Shown here: positions 30,420 to 40,250 of the stretch, piece by piece | Numbering within the stretch: position 1 is the first letter of the stretch | Layout of the letters: the number at the start of each line of letters is the position of its first letter | NCBI GenBank assembly: GCA_003482855.1 | Contig: DMXO01000006.1 | Coordinates: 15,052-79,051 of the forward strand | Direction of reading: 5' to 3' | DNA length: 64,000 nucleotides | Source of the DNA: Candidatus Magasanikiibacteriota bacterium | GTDB taxonomy: Bacteria > Patescibacteriota > Patescibacteriia > Magasanikbacterales > UBA922 | The notes under the pieces: generated by a model | Told to the model about the DNA's origin: nothing | What the model saw: only the letters and a program-made list of their open reading frames with translations | The model's database searches: none | Made by a program: the position numbers and the translations under genes

Positions 30420-30947
30420 TCATTCTAGATTTGCAGAAATATTGAATCCAATATTTTCTCGTTTGGTAAGATCGGATACAGGAAGTTTGACATTGGATAA
30501 GAACGGTACGGTTGCCAGTTTCTCTTGCAATTGTAAAAATGTTTCTCGTGTGTCCGCCTGTCCAGTAATAACAATCTTTTTTTCTTTTTTGTCAAAAGAG
30601 AGCGAATTTAATATGACCCCATCGGGGAGGGATGAAGATAGTGTGACAATGTATGGCGTCCAAGCTATGAAATTTTTTTGTATAGTATGGGTTTCATCGA
30701 GAAGCTTATTGATGCGCAGTATTTCTCTGATTTCTTCTCTGTGTTCATTATTAATTGATACTATGTTTTCAGTGAGTGTTGCAAAATAATTTTGGAGCAC
30801 CATCTGTGATCCGAGCAATATCATAGCAAGCACGCTGGCAGTAATGAGCAATATTTCAAAAATACTTTTGGTAAATTGAAAATGGGACATCCTTTTGAGA
30901 TGGCTTTTTTTATTTGGTGAAAGTAGATTAAGACGTGTTGGATACAT
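30420..30947 (-). CDS. pilN: Type IV pilus PilN-like protein
   Basis: RLNLLSP N-terminus, LPDGVILNSLSF, ITGQADTRE. Confidence 0.8.
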   Translation of the reverse strand: MYPTRLNLLSPNKKSHLKRMSHFQFTKSIFEILLITASVLAMILLGSQMVLQNYFATLTENIVSINNEHREEIREILRINKLLDETHTIQKNFIAWTPYIVTLSSSLPDGVILNSLSFDKKEKKIVITGQADTRETFLQLQEKLATVPFLSNVKLPVSDLTKRENIGFNISANLE

Positions 30948-31004
30948 GGGTTTAGGTATTAGGTAGTTTAGGTCCAAAATATCTAAAGTCTATACAATCT
31001 GAAC

Positions 31005-32105
31005 CTAGATAGAATCATGTTTGAAAAAAGGATTATCGGCTGCGCGTAAAGCAAGGCCTATGGCCGTGGCATATCCTACCGATTCTTCAGGTGTCACGTG
31101 GATTTCTTTTTTACTGGCTAGGTTTTTCCATGGTTGTCCTTGTCTGCATTCAATTTTCAATTCAAGTGATAGCACGTCTGACAGATGCTTCATATTGCTT
31201 CCGCTTCCACACATAGTGATGTGAGTGATTCTATTTGTATTGGGGAAATGACTATAATAAAAAAGTATGCCTTTTCTTATATGATCAGCAAATTGTCTTG
31301 TCTGTTCCATGAGTACCCCCCATACTTTTTTTTGATTTTTGTATGCAAGACCATATGTACGTTTATTTTTTTCTGCTTCCTCTCTCGATATTTTTAGTTT
31401 TTGGGATAGGGCTGTCGTGAGCATCTCTCCTGAGTATGGGAGAGATATACTGAATTGTACTGTATCATCGTCATATAATATGAGGCTTGATCTATCTGCG
31501 CCTATATCAAGAAGCGCGCGTGCTTCTCCCCTGTATTCTTTTTTTGAAGTTACCATAGCTCTTGCAACAGGGAGCACCTCTATTTCTAAGGCTATCACTT
31601 CCAGCCCCAAGCTTTCAAGTAAATATGTATAACTGTCTGCGATAAGTTTAGGAATGGCGGATATGAGCACCCGCGTATTTTCCTGGTCATCTTTTGGCAT
31701 TATTTGCCAGTCAAGATAGTACTTATCGTCTTCAGTGAAGGGAATGTGTTTTTTGGATTCTATGACAATGTCATCCTCAATGATGTCAACACTTGCTTTG
31801 GGTATGTCAATGAGTTTGATAAAACCGTGTGTCTCAGGTAAACTAGCAACAACCCACGGGCTTTTGATTGGTTTTTCCTGTCTGTTTCTTCCTTGTAAAA
31901 GTTTTTGGATATAGTGACGTATTTGTTCTGGTTGTTGCAATTCTCCATTGACGATTAGTCCCGGAGGAATACTAATAGCACGAGCAGACATGAGTTCGTA
32001 TGATGATCCTCTAAATCTGTGTGAGACATTTCTAAGCTGAACGATCTTGATAGATAAGTCGCCGATATCAATACCAAACGCATTGGGAAAAGGATTGTTG
32101 AACAT
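31005..32105 (-). CDS. pilM: Type IV pilus assembly protein PilM
   Basis: FGIDIGDLSIKIVQL, LLDIGA, CGSGS, YATAIGLALR actin-like fold. Confidence 0.9.
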   Translation of the reverse strand: MFNNPFPNAFGIDIGDLSIKIVQLRNVSHRFRGSSYELMSARAISIPPGLIVNGELQQPEQIRHYIQKLLQGRNRQEKPIKSPWVVASLPETHGFIKLIDIPKASVDIIEDDIVIESKKHIPFTEDDKYYLDWQIMPKDDQENTRVLISAIPKLIADSYTYLLESLGLEVIALEIEVLPVARAMVTSKKEYRGEARALLDIGADRSSLILYDDDTVQFSISLPYSGEMLTTALSQKLKISREEAEKNKRTYGLAYKNQKKVWGVLMEQTRQFADHIRKGILFYYSHFPNTNRITHITMCGSGSNMKHLSDVLSLELKIECRQGQPWKNLASKKEIHVTPEESVGYATAIGLALRAADNPFFKHDSI

Positions 32106-32111
32106 GTGTAA

Positions 32112-33239
32112 TTAAAAATTTTGCATGAGTGAAAACATTGGCGTAATGACTGCCACTGCAATACCTGCCACAGCTAATCCGAGTAATATAATAATTGCCG
32201 GTTCAATAATTGTTGAAAAATTTTTCATAGTTTTGTCTACTTCATCGGCGTAAAAATTTGAAAGTTCACTGAGTAATCTATCAATTTCTCCAGTACGCTC
32301 ACCCACCATGATCATCTCAGTTACCATGGGGGGAAATATTTTTTCATGCTCCATGAGAACCTCTGACAGTGGTATACCTTTTTTAATTTTTTCCGTTCCT
32401 TCATGGAGAATTTGTTGGTATATGACATTGCCACACGTATCGCCGGTGATGTTTACCGCTTCGATGATAGGGAGTGTACTCTTGAGCAAGGATGAGAGGG
32501 TGAGAGAAAAGCGTGCAAGATTAATTTGTTTGATTACATTTCCTGCTATAGGGAGATGTAGATTTATTGTATGTATCAGTTTTTTAAACCTAGGCGATCT
32601 CTTGAGTAACGTAATGAATAGTATAATACATGTAATCAGTATTGAAAATACGAGAATGAGATTGAGAGGTTTGCTCATGAAATCTGTAATAGCGATGAGG
32701 ACTCGGGTGGCCAGTGGTAGTTGTGTATCAAATTCGTCAAATAAGGACGTTAATTTTGGTAAGACTACCGTGACCATGAGTACCGCAACAGCACCGATGG
32801 CTACAATAATAACTGCCGGGTATATCATGGCTCCTTTTATCGAAGATGATAGAGCGTATCCTTTTTTCATTTGTGTGACGATTTGTTCGAGTGATTCTTC
32901 GAGTTTGCCAGCTACCTCGCCAGATGCAATCATCCTGACATACATAGAGGGGAAAATTTTGGGGTAATTTTCCAAGACCTCACTTAATTGTCTACCTTTT
33001 TCTACTTGTTCAGTGATCTCACCTATTATTTTTTTAAGTTTTTTATTTTCAGTTTCTTTTGCAAGTACATGCAACGCTTCGGTAAGTGAAAGACCTGCAT
33101 GTAACATCGTACGTAGATGATCCAAAAAGAAAATTTTGTCCATTATTTTTACACGGACAAGATGGTTTGAGATCCAATCGTTTAGTTGTTGTTCAAACCG
33201 AGATAATTCTCGTTTTTTTGAGGTCATTTCAGTATTCAA
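32112..33239 (-). CDS. pilC: Type II/IV secretion platform protein PilC/GspF
   Basis: AGLSLTEAL, SGEVAGKLEESL, AMIYP, VGERTGEID, IIEP. Confidence 0.93.
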   Translation of the reverse strand: MNTEMTSKKRELSRFEQQLNDWISNHLVRVKIMDKIFFLDHLRTMLHAGLSLTEALHVLAKETENKKLKKIIGEITEQVEKGRQLSEVLENYPKIFPSMYVRMIASGEVAGKLEESLEQIVTQMKKGYALSSSIKGAMIYPAVIIVAIGAVAVLMVTVVLPKLTSLFDEFDTQLPLATRVLIAITDFMSKPLNLILVFSILITCIILFITLLKRSPRFKKLIHTINLHLPIAGNVIKQINLARFSLTLSSLLKSTLPIIEAVNITGDTCGNVIYQQILHEGTEKIKKGIPLSEVLMEHEKIFPPMVTEMIMVGERTGEIDRLLSELSNFYADEVDKTMKNFSTIIEPAIIILLGLAVAGIAVAVITPMFSLMQNF

Positions 33240-33248
33240 ATTATGAAA

Positions 33249-34979
33249 TTACTCTTTGGTAACACGTAATATTTCTTCTATGGTGGTGATTCCCTGTTTT
33301 GCTTTTATGAGTCCATCTTCAAATAAATTGACCATGCCATTTTTTTCCGCATATTCTTTGATATCTTGCGCATTTGCACGGCTGTTTATCATTTTTGTGA
33401 TGTTTTCATTTATGGTGAGCACTTCATAGATGCCGATGCGCCCTTTGTATCCACTTTTGTGGCAGCGGCTACATCCTTCCCCTCTATAAAATACCATAGA
33501 ATCAAGATTGCGCTCTTTGGTATTAAGATGTATGTTTTGTGTTTTGAATAAATTGACCAGTTTTTTCATTTCTATGAGTTTACTCAGTTGCTTAAGTTCT
33601 TGTTTTGAAAGCCTTAATTCTTTTTTGCAATGGGGACAAATTTTTCTGACAAGACGTTGGGCAACGATGATATTGGAAGTAAAAGCAACTAGAAATGGAG
33701 GTATATCCATATCAATAAGACGGGGGAGAGTAGTTGGTGCGTCGTTGGTGTGTAGTGTGGATAATACGAGGTGTCCTGTCATGGCCGCGTGTATAGCTAT
33801 TTCCGCCGTCTCTTTGTCGCGTATTTCTCCAACCATCACAATATCTGGGTCTTGGCGTAGAAATGCACGTAGTCCACTCGCGAATGTGAATCCCGCTTTT
33901 GGATTGATTTGGCTTTGATTGATGCCATTTACATGATATTCAATAGGATCTTCTATGGTGCATATATTTACGTGTGGCTGATTGAGTATGCCGAGCACAG
34001 AGTAGAGTGTAGTGGTTTTGCCACTTCCCGTAGGACCGGTAACGAGGATCATACCATGTGGCTTTTTGATTGCATCCTCTACCTCTTCTTTTATATTTGG
34101 TAAAAATCCTAATTCTTCAAGGCTTAATGGTTTTTGTCCTTCATGTAGGAGACGCATAACTATTTTTTCTCCATCGTATACAGGCATGATAGATACACGA
34201 AATGATAATTTTTCATCCTGAATTTGGATTTTGAACCTTCCATCCTGAGGAATCATGTGTTCATCTATTTTTAATTTAGCAAGGATTTTTACACGTGCTA
34301 CTATACCATTTTGGACTTGTTTGGGGAGTGTCATAACTTGCTTCAGCATGCCGTCTATGCGGTAGCGCACAGCAACTTCTCGGTCGGTAGGCTCGACATG
34401 AATGTCACTCGCTCCTTCATAGACTGCATGTTCGAGAACAGAATTTACAATGTTGATGATGGGCAACTCCTCAGCAGCTTTTTTGAGATCTTTTTCGTTG
34501 CCTGCTTGCCCTTCAGTATTCAACTGGATGATTGTCTCATCTGATGATAGATCAGCGTGGTATGTACGTAGCGCTTCTTTGAGGTCGCTCGGAGATGTCA
34601 TGTAGGTTTTGGGAGTGAGACCAATTTTTCTGCGTAAAAATTCTATAGTTTGTATATCTGTGGGGTCAAGCATCGCAATTTGTATCTCGTCTGGGGTCTT
34701 GTGGAATGCTATAACCCCATGTGTAGCAGCAAAAGATGCAGGTACAAGGTTGATTATTTCTTTTTTGATCTCTTTCCCTTTGAGCCCTGTATAAGATATA
34801 TCGAGTTTTTTGGCAGCTGCCATATAGAGCTTTTCCTCGTCGACAATTTCTTGGTCAATAAGGTAAGTCTCTAGATCTTTTCGTTTTTTTTCTGCCTCGC
34901 CTAAATACGTTTTTATTGTGTTTGTCGAAAATTTGAAACTTTTTTTGAGGATAGATTCAAGTGTCGAAGTAGGTAACAT
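33249..34979 (-). CDS. pilB: Type IV pilus assembly ATPase PilB/GspE
   Basis: ASDIHVEP, PQDGRF, GPTGSGKTTTLY, LRQDPD, TGHLVLSTLHTND, tetracysteine motif. Confidence 0.95.
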   Translation of the reverse strand: MLPTSTLESILKKSFKFSTNTIKTYLGEAEKKRKDLETYLIDQEIVDEEKLYMAAAKKLDISYTGLKGKEIKKEIINLVPASFAATHGVIAFHKTPDEIQIAMLDPTDIQTIEFLRRKIGLTPKTYMTSPSDLKEALRTYHADLSSDETIIQLNTEGQAGNEKDLKKAAEELPIINIVNSVLEHAVYEGASDIHVEPTDREVAVRYRIDGMLKQVMTLPKQVQNGIVARVKILAKLKIDEHMIPQDGRFKIQIQDEKLSFRVSIMPVYDGEKIVMRLLHEGQKPLSLEELGFLPNIKEEVEDAIKKPHGMILVTGPTGSGKTTTLYSVLGILNQPHVNICTIEDPIEYHVNGINQSQINPKAGFTFASGLRAFLRQDPDIVMVGEIRDKETAEIAIHAAMTGHLVLSTLHTNDAPTTLPRLIDMDIPPFLVAFTSNIIVAQRLVRKICPHCKKELRLSKQELKQLSKLIEMKKLVNLFKTQNIHLNTKERNLDSMVFYRGEGCSRCHKSGYKGRIGIYEVLTINENITKMINSRANAQDIKEYAEKNGMVNLFEDGLIKAKQGITTIEEILRVTKE

Positions 34980-35098
34980 AAAAACAAATTACAAATTGAA
35001 ATTTGATATATGCAGTATACCATGTTTATGTGTTTTTTACTATCGAATTGTATGTTTACAGAATGAATAAAAAGTGATACAATTTTTTCGGTTTATAA

Positions 35099-35175
35099 GG
35101 GCCCTTAGCGTAGCTGGCTAGCGCGTCTCCATGGCATGGAGAAGGTCACGAGTTCGAATCTCGTAGGGTCCACCA
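35099..35175 (+). tRNA. tRNA-Ala(GGC) with encoded CCA
   Basis: GGGCCCT/AGGGTCC acceptor with G3:U70; TCTCC-ATGGCAT-GGAGA. Confidence 0.95.
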
Positions 35176-35249
35176 TCATTAGTTCCACCGAAGAGGTGGA
35201 ATTTTGTTTTGTGAGAAAGATTCATTTTTGCTCGCATCTATGCGGCTGC

Positions 35250-35275
35250 GCCCCGCGAAGCTTTAGCGTAGCGGG
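35250..35275. repeat. Short REP-like palindrome CCCCGCGAAGCTTTAGCGTAGCGGGG
   Basis: GC-rich imperfect palindrome in an AT-rich spacer. Confidence 0.5.
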
Positions 35276-35386
35276 GTTCGAACTTTGGGGAGACTATTTG
35301 GCTTGTTTGAGGAAGCTGTGAAAAGAAAATGGCTTAAAATAAAGACAAAATACCTTTTGGTTTGAGGTTCGAACATTTAGCAGAAA

Positions 35387-35438
35387 TTTGACAAGATAAA
35401 AATATGAGAATAATATAAATGTGTAGTTATACTCATAT
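35387..35438 (+). promoter_or_regulatory. Promoter and inverted-repeat operator upstream of the LexA-fusion gene
   Basis: TTGACA at ~35388; ATATGAGAATAA (35402-35413) / TTATACTCATAT (35427-35438). Confidence 0.55.
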
Positions 35439-35455
35439 ATTTTAATTTACCAAAT

Positions 35456-38400
35456 ATGAAAGCCCAAAAACTCACTAATAGACAATTAGATTTACTTCAC
35501 ACGATTGAAGAGTTTTTTAGTAAAAATGGAGTACCACCAACCATTGTAGAGATGAAGGAAGCAATGAAAGTAAAGTCAGATCAGTCTATATATCAACTTC
35601 TTGAAAAATTAGAAAAAGCAGGCGTAATTTCTCGTGAGCCTGGCAAAAGAAGAAGTATTAGACTTAAGAAGACTTCTTCGAGTGGAGTTGAAGATGCGAA
35701 CCAAAATAGCTACATATCAACCAACGAATCTGCTCTCGGTTTTGCAATGAATCCAACCCAGAAAGAAATATTTAATAAATTACATGAAATTGATCCTCAG
35801 GTAGCTCAAATTTTTAAAGGTGCTGTATACACCTTATCAATTAAAGATAACCACCCAGACTGGATTCCTCCAGTTGCTAACGCTATTCGTCACATTTTCG
35901 GTGTCCTCACTCGCCCCTACAAGCAAGTGAAGGGGGAAAATAAGTCTAATGATAGTTCCGGTATTAATCAAATTAGCAAAGCGTTTGACCCCTATGGGAA
36001 TATTTCAAATATTGAAAAAGCGGCATGGGCCCATTGGAATACATTAAACGAATATTTTGCAAGCTTTTCACACTACCCAGATGAATATTTTAATAAGCGA
36101 ACAGAATTCCTTTCTAAGGTTGATGAATTGTACGAATTATTATTGCAATACGTATTACCTGATCAACACAAAATATATGAAAAAATTGATCAGCTATTTG
36201 TCCAAGGTGTAACAAAGACTGGTGCGGATGAGATAGGTAAATTGTTAAGTAGAAACACCGCAACATATACTTATTTTTTCAATAATGTCGATAATTGTTG
36301 GTTTGAATTTTTAAGAAGTAATAAGTTCCTAAAGCCAAAAATGCAGGTAGGCCAATTTTTGGTTAAGATTGCGGATAAAAATTCAGATCAACTAATAGAC
36401 TTAATTAAAAAGTATAGGAATGAATATAAAATTGATGATCAAAGTAGGTTTATTCGACAATATTTTGTGTCTTCTGCTATTCAGATGTCAATTGATAAAG
36501 CCGTCCAGGTGGTGGGTATACTATCAAAACAGAAATGGGTGGAAGATATAAAATATAATCATGATTTTCTAATTTACGAATGTAATAAATTACTAGAATT
36601 TTTAATACAATCAGGAAAGAAAGAAGCTGCGCTACTGCTTGCCAAAAACATTCTTAAAGTTCGGAAAAGCAAAGAACCAAAATCACGTTTACGTGAAATT
36701 AATGGTTACGCGGATAATTATCAATATGGTGAAATAATAAATACCATTAAAGGGTCTTCGGTTTCCGATTACCCTGAGTATATTAAATTACTTGTTAACA
36801 AATTAAATGACTCGATTAAATTATCTGATGATAATGGTCAATATAGCCAAATATGGAGATCATCCATTGCCGTAAGTGAAAGTTATAGTGACGATGTAAT
36901 GAACAGACTTCTAGACGGTATAATATTTCTTCTGGAAAAACACCTTGCTGAATGTAAATCAAAGAAGATTAATATCGTTAAGGAAATAGACTCCTTAATA
37001 GATGAAAAGGCTCATGCTGTTTTTCTGCGAATTAAGCTTTATTTCTACGCGAAATATCCAAACGATTGTCTTGATGGGGTAGGTAAATTAGTAATCGATT
37101 TTTTTAATGACCACGAAGCCGAAAAAGAACTTGATGAACTACTTACAAGCATTTTCGGCAAATTAAAACAAACTGTTCAAAATAATTATTTGGCTCTAAT
37201 TTCCGAGGGGCCAAAAATTAAGGAAAAAGATGATAATTATGCACGATACTGGAAATTAAGAAAATTCTATATTATCCGAGACCAGCTTAAGAAAGAATGG
37301 AAAGATATTTACTCAGAACTTCTTAATGGAGATGATGAGTCTAAATTCACCCCACATTACAGTGGTGTAATTACCTCTTGGACAGGTCCAACCGCCCCAA
37401 AAAAGTCGCAAGAATTAGATGCTGTTTCATTGGAAAACTTAATAGAATATTTAATTACCTGGAATCCAAAGAAAGGCTTTGAAGAACCATCCAGGATGGG
37501 GCTTGGAAGAGAGCTGGCAGAAGCTGTAAAAAATAACAGCGAAAAATATTCAAAAAATGCACTTCTTTTCAAAAATGAAAATCTACATCCAATATACATT
37601 TATAAGCTATTCTTTGGTTTACGTGAGGCTTTGAGAGCAGGAGGAATTATTGAATGGGTGCCGGTATTAGAATTAATGAAAATATATGTTGATAGAGCTA
37701 AATCCAATGAACTTGCTGAGATACAGACTGATGAAGATGGTTGGAATAATTGTTTTCAGTATATGGCAGATCTCCTTGAAAATGGATTAAGTTCATCAAA
37801 ACAGGAAATACCTTTCAGTCTTAAGGAAGTTGTTTGGGAAGTTATAGAATATGTTTGTGAAAATCGAGAACCTGACTTGGAACATGAACAAAAATATGGA
37901 GGTGACAATAGCGACTATTACACAATATCCATTAATACCGCACGAGGTGAGGCTTTTCATGCATTATTTAATTACATCTTCTGGCACGATAGGCACTTGA
38001 AGAAAAAAAATAACAGTAGGATTACAGAAGAAGCTAAACAGAAATTATTAGATCACCTTAATATTAAAAAAGAACCTGGTCTCACCATCAGATCAGTTTA
38101 TGGGCGATTTTTCCCATGGATATTTATATACGATAAAAAATGGACTGAAAATATTATTGAAAATTTGTTTCCCATTAATGATCTGGAAAGAAGGTGTGCT
38201 GCATGGAAAACATATTTAATAAATGCTGTATATCCTGAAATATTCGAGAAATTGCGACCGCAATATGAACAGGCAATCAATGAACTTCAGAAAACCAGTT
38301 TAAAGAAAAACAGGAGACCTGTTGATTTATTTCAAAGACTTGTTGAACATTTAATGATTGCTTATTTCTATGAGATTATTGAATATGATGATCCCTTATT

Positions 38401-38953
38401 ACAATTGTTAGACACCAAAGCCAATCGGGAGCAAAAGAGCTGGGCAGTAAACTTTTCTGGGCGAGTATATATTGCAAGCGAGAATGCTGTTAGAGATAGC
38501 GAGCCAAGCAAAGAACGATTAAGAATATTTTGGGATAAACGACTAAAAGAATCAAGAACCACGGATGAATTGAAAGAGTTTGGGTGGTGGTTACGTGTTG
38601 GTTTTTTCGATAATGAGTGGATGCTGGAAACACTTTTGGAAACGTTGAATCAAACAAAGGGAATTATTGATCCAGACTACCGAGTACTTGAAGTATTGAA
38701 TTCACTGGCTGAAGATTACTCACTACTTGTATCCCAATGTCTACTTAGAATGGTTAAGGCTAAGTATCAGGACAGGTTTTTACGAATTACAAGAGAAAAA
38801 AATGTGCTCGATATTGTCAAGAAACTATACTTACACAAAGATGCAGATGTTAGAAAATTAATTATTCAGATCAGTGACTATATGTTACGTCTTGGGAATA
38901 ATGATTTTCGAATGTATGCCAAAGAAGAAAATGATACTGATCAACAAATTTAA
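35456..38953 (+). CDS. 1165-aa protein: LexA-type DNA-binding domain fused to a large alpha-helical, putatively defence-related body
   Basis: LTNRQLDLLHTIEEF...PPTIVEM...SIYQLLEKLEKAGVISREPGKRRSIRL matches the LexA wHTH; no S24 peptidase domain; remainder helical. Confidence 0.8.
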   Translation: MKAQKLTNRQLDLLHTIEEFFSKNGVPPTIVEMKEAMKVKSDQSIYQLLEKLEKAGVISREPGKRRSIRLKKTSSSGVEDANQNSYISTNESALGFAMNPTQKEIFNKLHEIDPQVAQIFKGAVYTLSIKDNHPDWIPPVANAIRHIFGVLTRPYKQVKGENKSNDSSGINQISKAFDPYGNISNIEKAAWAHWNTLNEYFASFSHYPDEYFNKRTEFLSKVDELYELLLQYVLPDQHKIYEKIDQLFVQGVTKTGADEIGKLLSRNTATYTYFFNNVDNCWFEFLRSNKFLKPKMQVGQFLVKIADKNSDQLIDLIKKYRNEYKIDDQSRFIRQYFVSSAIQMSIDKAVQVVGILSKQKWVEDIKYNHDFLIYECNKLLEFLIQSGKKEAALLLAKNILKVRKSKEPKSRLREINGYADNYQYGEIINTIKGSSVSDYPEYIKLLVNKLNDSIKLSDDNGQYSQIWRSSIAVSESYSDDVMNRLLDGIIFLLEKHLAECKSKKINIVKEIDSLIDEKAHAVFLRIKLYFYAKYPNDCLDGVGKLVIDFFNDHEAEKELDELLTSIFGKLKQTVQNNYLALISEGPKIKEKDDNYARYWKLRKFYIIRDQLKKEWKDIYSELLNGDDESKFTPHYSGVITSWTGPTAPKKSQELDAVSLENLIEYLITWNPKKGFEEPSRMGLGRELAEAVKNNSEKYSKNALLFKNENLHPIYIYKLFFGLREALRAGGIIEWVPVLELMKIYVDRAKSNELAEIQTDEDGWNNCFQYMADLLENGLSSSKQEIPFSLKEVVWEVIEYVCENREPDLEHEQKYGGDNSDYYTISINTARGEAFHALFNYIFWHDRHLKKKNNSRITEEAKQKLLDHLNIKKEPGLTIRSVYGRFFPWIFIYDKKWTENIIENLFPINDLERRCAAWKTYLINAVYPEIFEKLRPQYEQAINELQKTSLKKNRRPVDLFQRLVEHLMIAYFYEIIEYDDPLLQLLDTKANREQKSWAVNFSGRVYIASENAVRDSEPSKERLRIFWDKRLKESRTTDELKEFGWWLRVGFFDNEWMLETLLETLNQTKGIIDPDYRVLEVLNSLAEDYSLLVSQCLLRMVKAKYQDRFLRITREKNVLDIVKKLYLHKDADVRKLIIQISDYMLRLGNNDFRMYAKEENDTDQQI

Positions 38954-38962
38954 CTTAAACCT

Positions 38963-39090
38963 ATGAACTACATAACCGCTTCAAAACTATACGACTGCCT
39001 ACAAAATCTGTACAAAGTGTAGCGGGATTTATGGCTCGCAAAAAGACGAGAATGATTGCAAAAGGCTACGATGGTGCTTAAGACCACTAA
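38963..39090 (+). pseudogene. Internally deleted remnant of a TM0106-family RecB-like nuclease
   Basis: MNYITASKLYDCLQNLYKV*RD resembles the family N-terminus; ENDCK/ATMVLK resembles the C-terminal YNxDDCxAT. Confidence 0.5.
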
Positions 39091-39108
39091 AAAAATTAGA
39101 AATGTCGA

Positions 39109-39385
39109 TTAAACAATAAATTTTGAAATAGCCTGCTTAATCTCCTCCACAAACTCCTTCACCATAGCCGTATTATCCTTCAGCCAGATATACCAAAACA
39201 AAAATAACTTCTCAGAAATTTGCCAATGCACCCTAAGCCACACTTCTGCCTCCGAATCCAAAATGTTTGAAATTTGCTTAGAATCAGCCGTTTCTTCCTC
39301 CAGCTGATGTGCCAAATATTCATCGACAGTCATCCTTTTCTTTACCAACCCTTTGGTTTCCGGTTCGAATTGCGTTAATGACCCC
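39109..39385 (-). pseudogene. Probable gene fragment of unknown family
   Basis: 79-aa frame without a good start, inside the islet. Confidence 0.3.
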
Positions 39386-39470
39386 CACGCTTTTAATTAC
39401 AAATCGCGTTTGTAATTACAATAACAAAAAAGGCTTAATAGAGTCTTTTTTGTTCTAAACTGTTATATGT

Positions 39471-40100
39471 ATGGATCTTAGCGAGTTCTTTTATACAGAA
39501 AGAAAACTAATCAAAGATTTGCAAATCGTATTGAAGGATTTTGAGCCATTGGTTAAGGATCCTAGATTTTTGTGGACTTCAAGACCATTCAAGAATTTCA
39601 ATCTTCTACCAAGAGAGGCCTGGGGTAACTGGCTAGTTTGTGTTGTCCTACGAGAGATGCATGGGCGTGACATAACTTTTATGGAAGATAATGATGGCGA
39701 TGGTTTTATTGTCGATAGAGATAGAAGAATAGTCTTTCCCACAGAACATGTTAATGCCCTAGAGATTCCGCAAGGAAGAAAATGGCCTAGCGGAGAACAG
39801 CGAATTATTGATGCAATAGAACTTAAGATCAAGAGAGGACCTGAATATGCATCTGGTAAGGTTTTGGTTGTATTCTTTGATGGTGCCGGGTATTTTCTAA
39901 GAAGTAGGGTCCGAGAAAATATTTTTGGAAGACACAACTTCGAGGCTGTATTTTGTGTTGGATTAGGAGAATCTACTGAATCAGGCTATTCTTATTATGT
40001 GACGGAATTTAGAGATTCTTTTGTAGGCCAGTCAATAACTCACAGAGTCGATATAGACCGAGTGTTTGAAAATTGGGAGGTTACTAAGATACTGCAATAA
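39471..40100 (+). CDS. Hypothetical protein, possible PD-(D/E)xK-like nuclease fold
   Basis: EAWGNWL helix, then DGDGFIVD...PTEHV acidic pattern. Confidence 0.6.
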   Translation: MDLSEFFYTERKLIKDLQIVLKDFEPLVKDPRFLWTSRPFKNFNLLPREAWGNWLVCVVLREMHGRDITFMEDNDGDGFIVDRDRRIVFPTEHVNALEIPQGRKWPSGEQRIIDAIELKIKRGPEYASGKVLVVFFDGAGYFLRSRVRENIFGRHNFEAVFCVGLGESTESGYSYYVTEFRDSFVGQSITHRVDIDRVFENWEVTKILQ

Positions 40101-40250
40101 TGCAACTCTATTTTTTTAGAAGTATTTTTGAATTTGTTAGTTTGATAATAAACGATGAATAAATTATGGGTGTGTGCGTATTTGAGTGGATGAAACTTAG
40201 TAATTTTTGTATTTTTTTGTTATACTATCATTATATTTATTTAAAAAAAT

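Larger units (their letters stand above)
35200..40200. mobile_element. Probable tRNA-Ala-associated genomic islet (boundaries approximate, no integrase seen)
   Basis: Orphan and defence-like genes plus pseudogene fragments directly after a tRNA 3' end. Confidence 0.5.

Noticed and set aside
35270-39372. GGTTCGAA matches at ~35274, 35366 and 39362 as att sites of the islet
   Set aside because: Only 7-8 bp match the T-loop; no extended duplication of the tRNA-Ala 3' end was found
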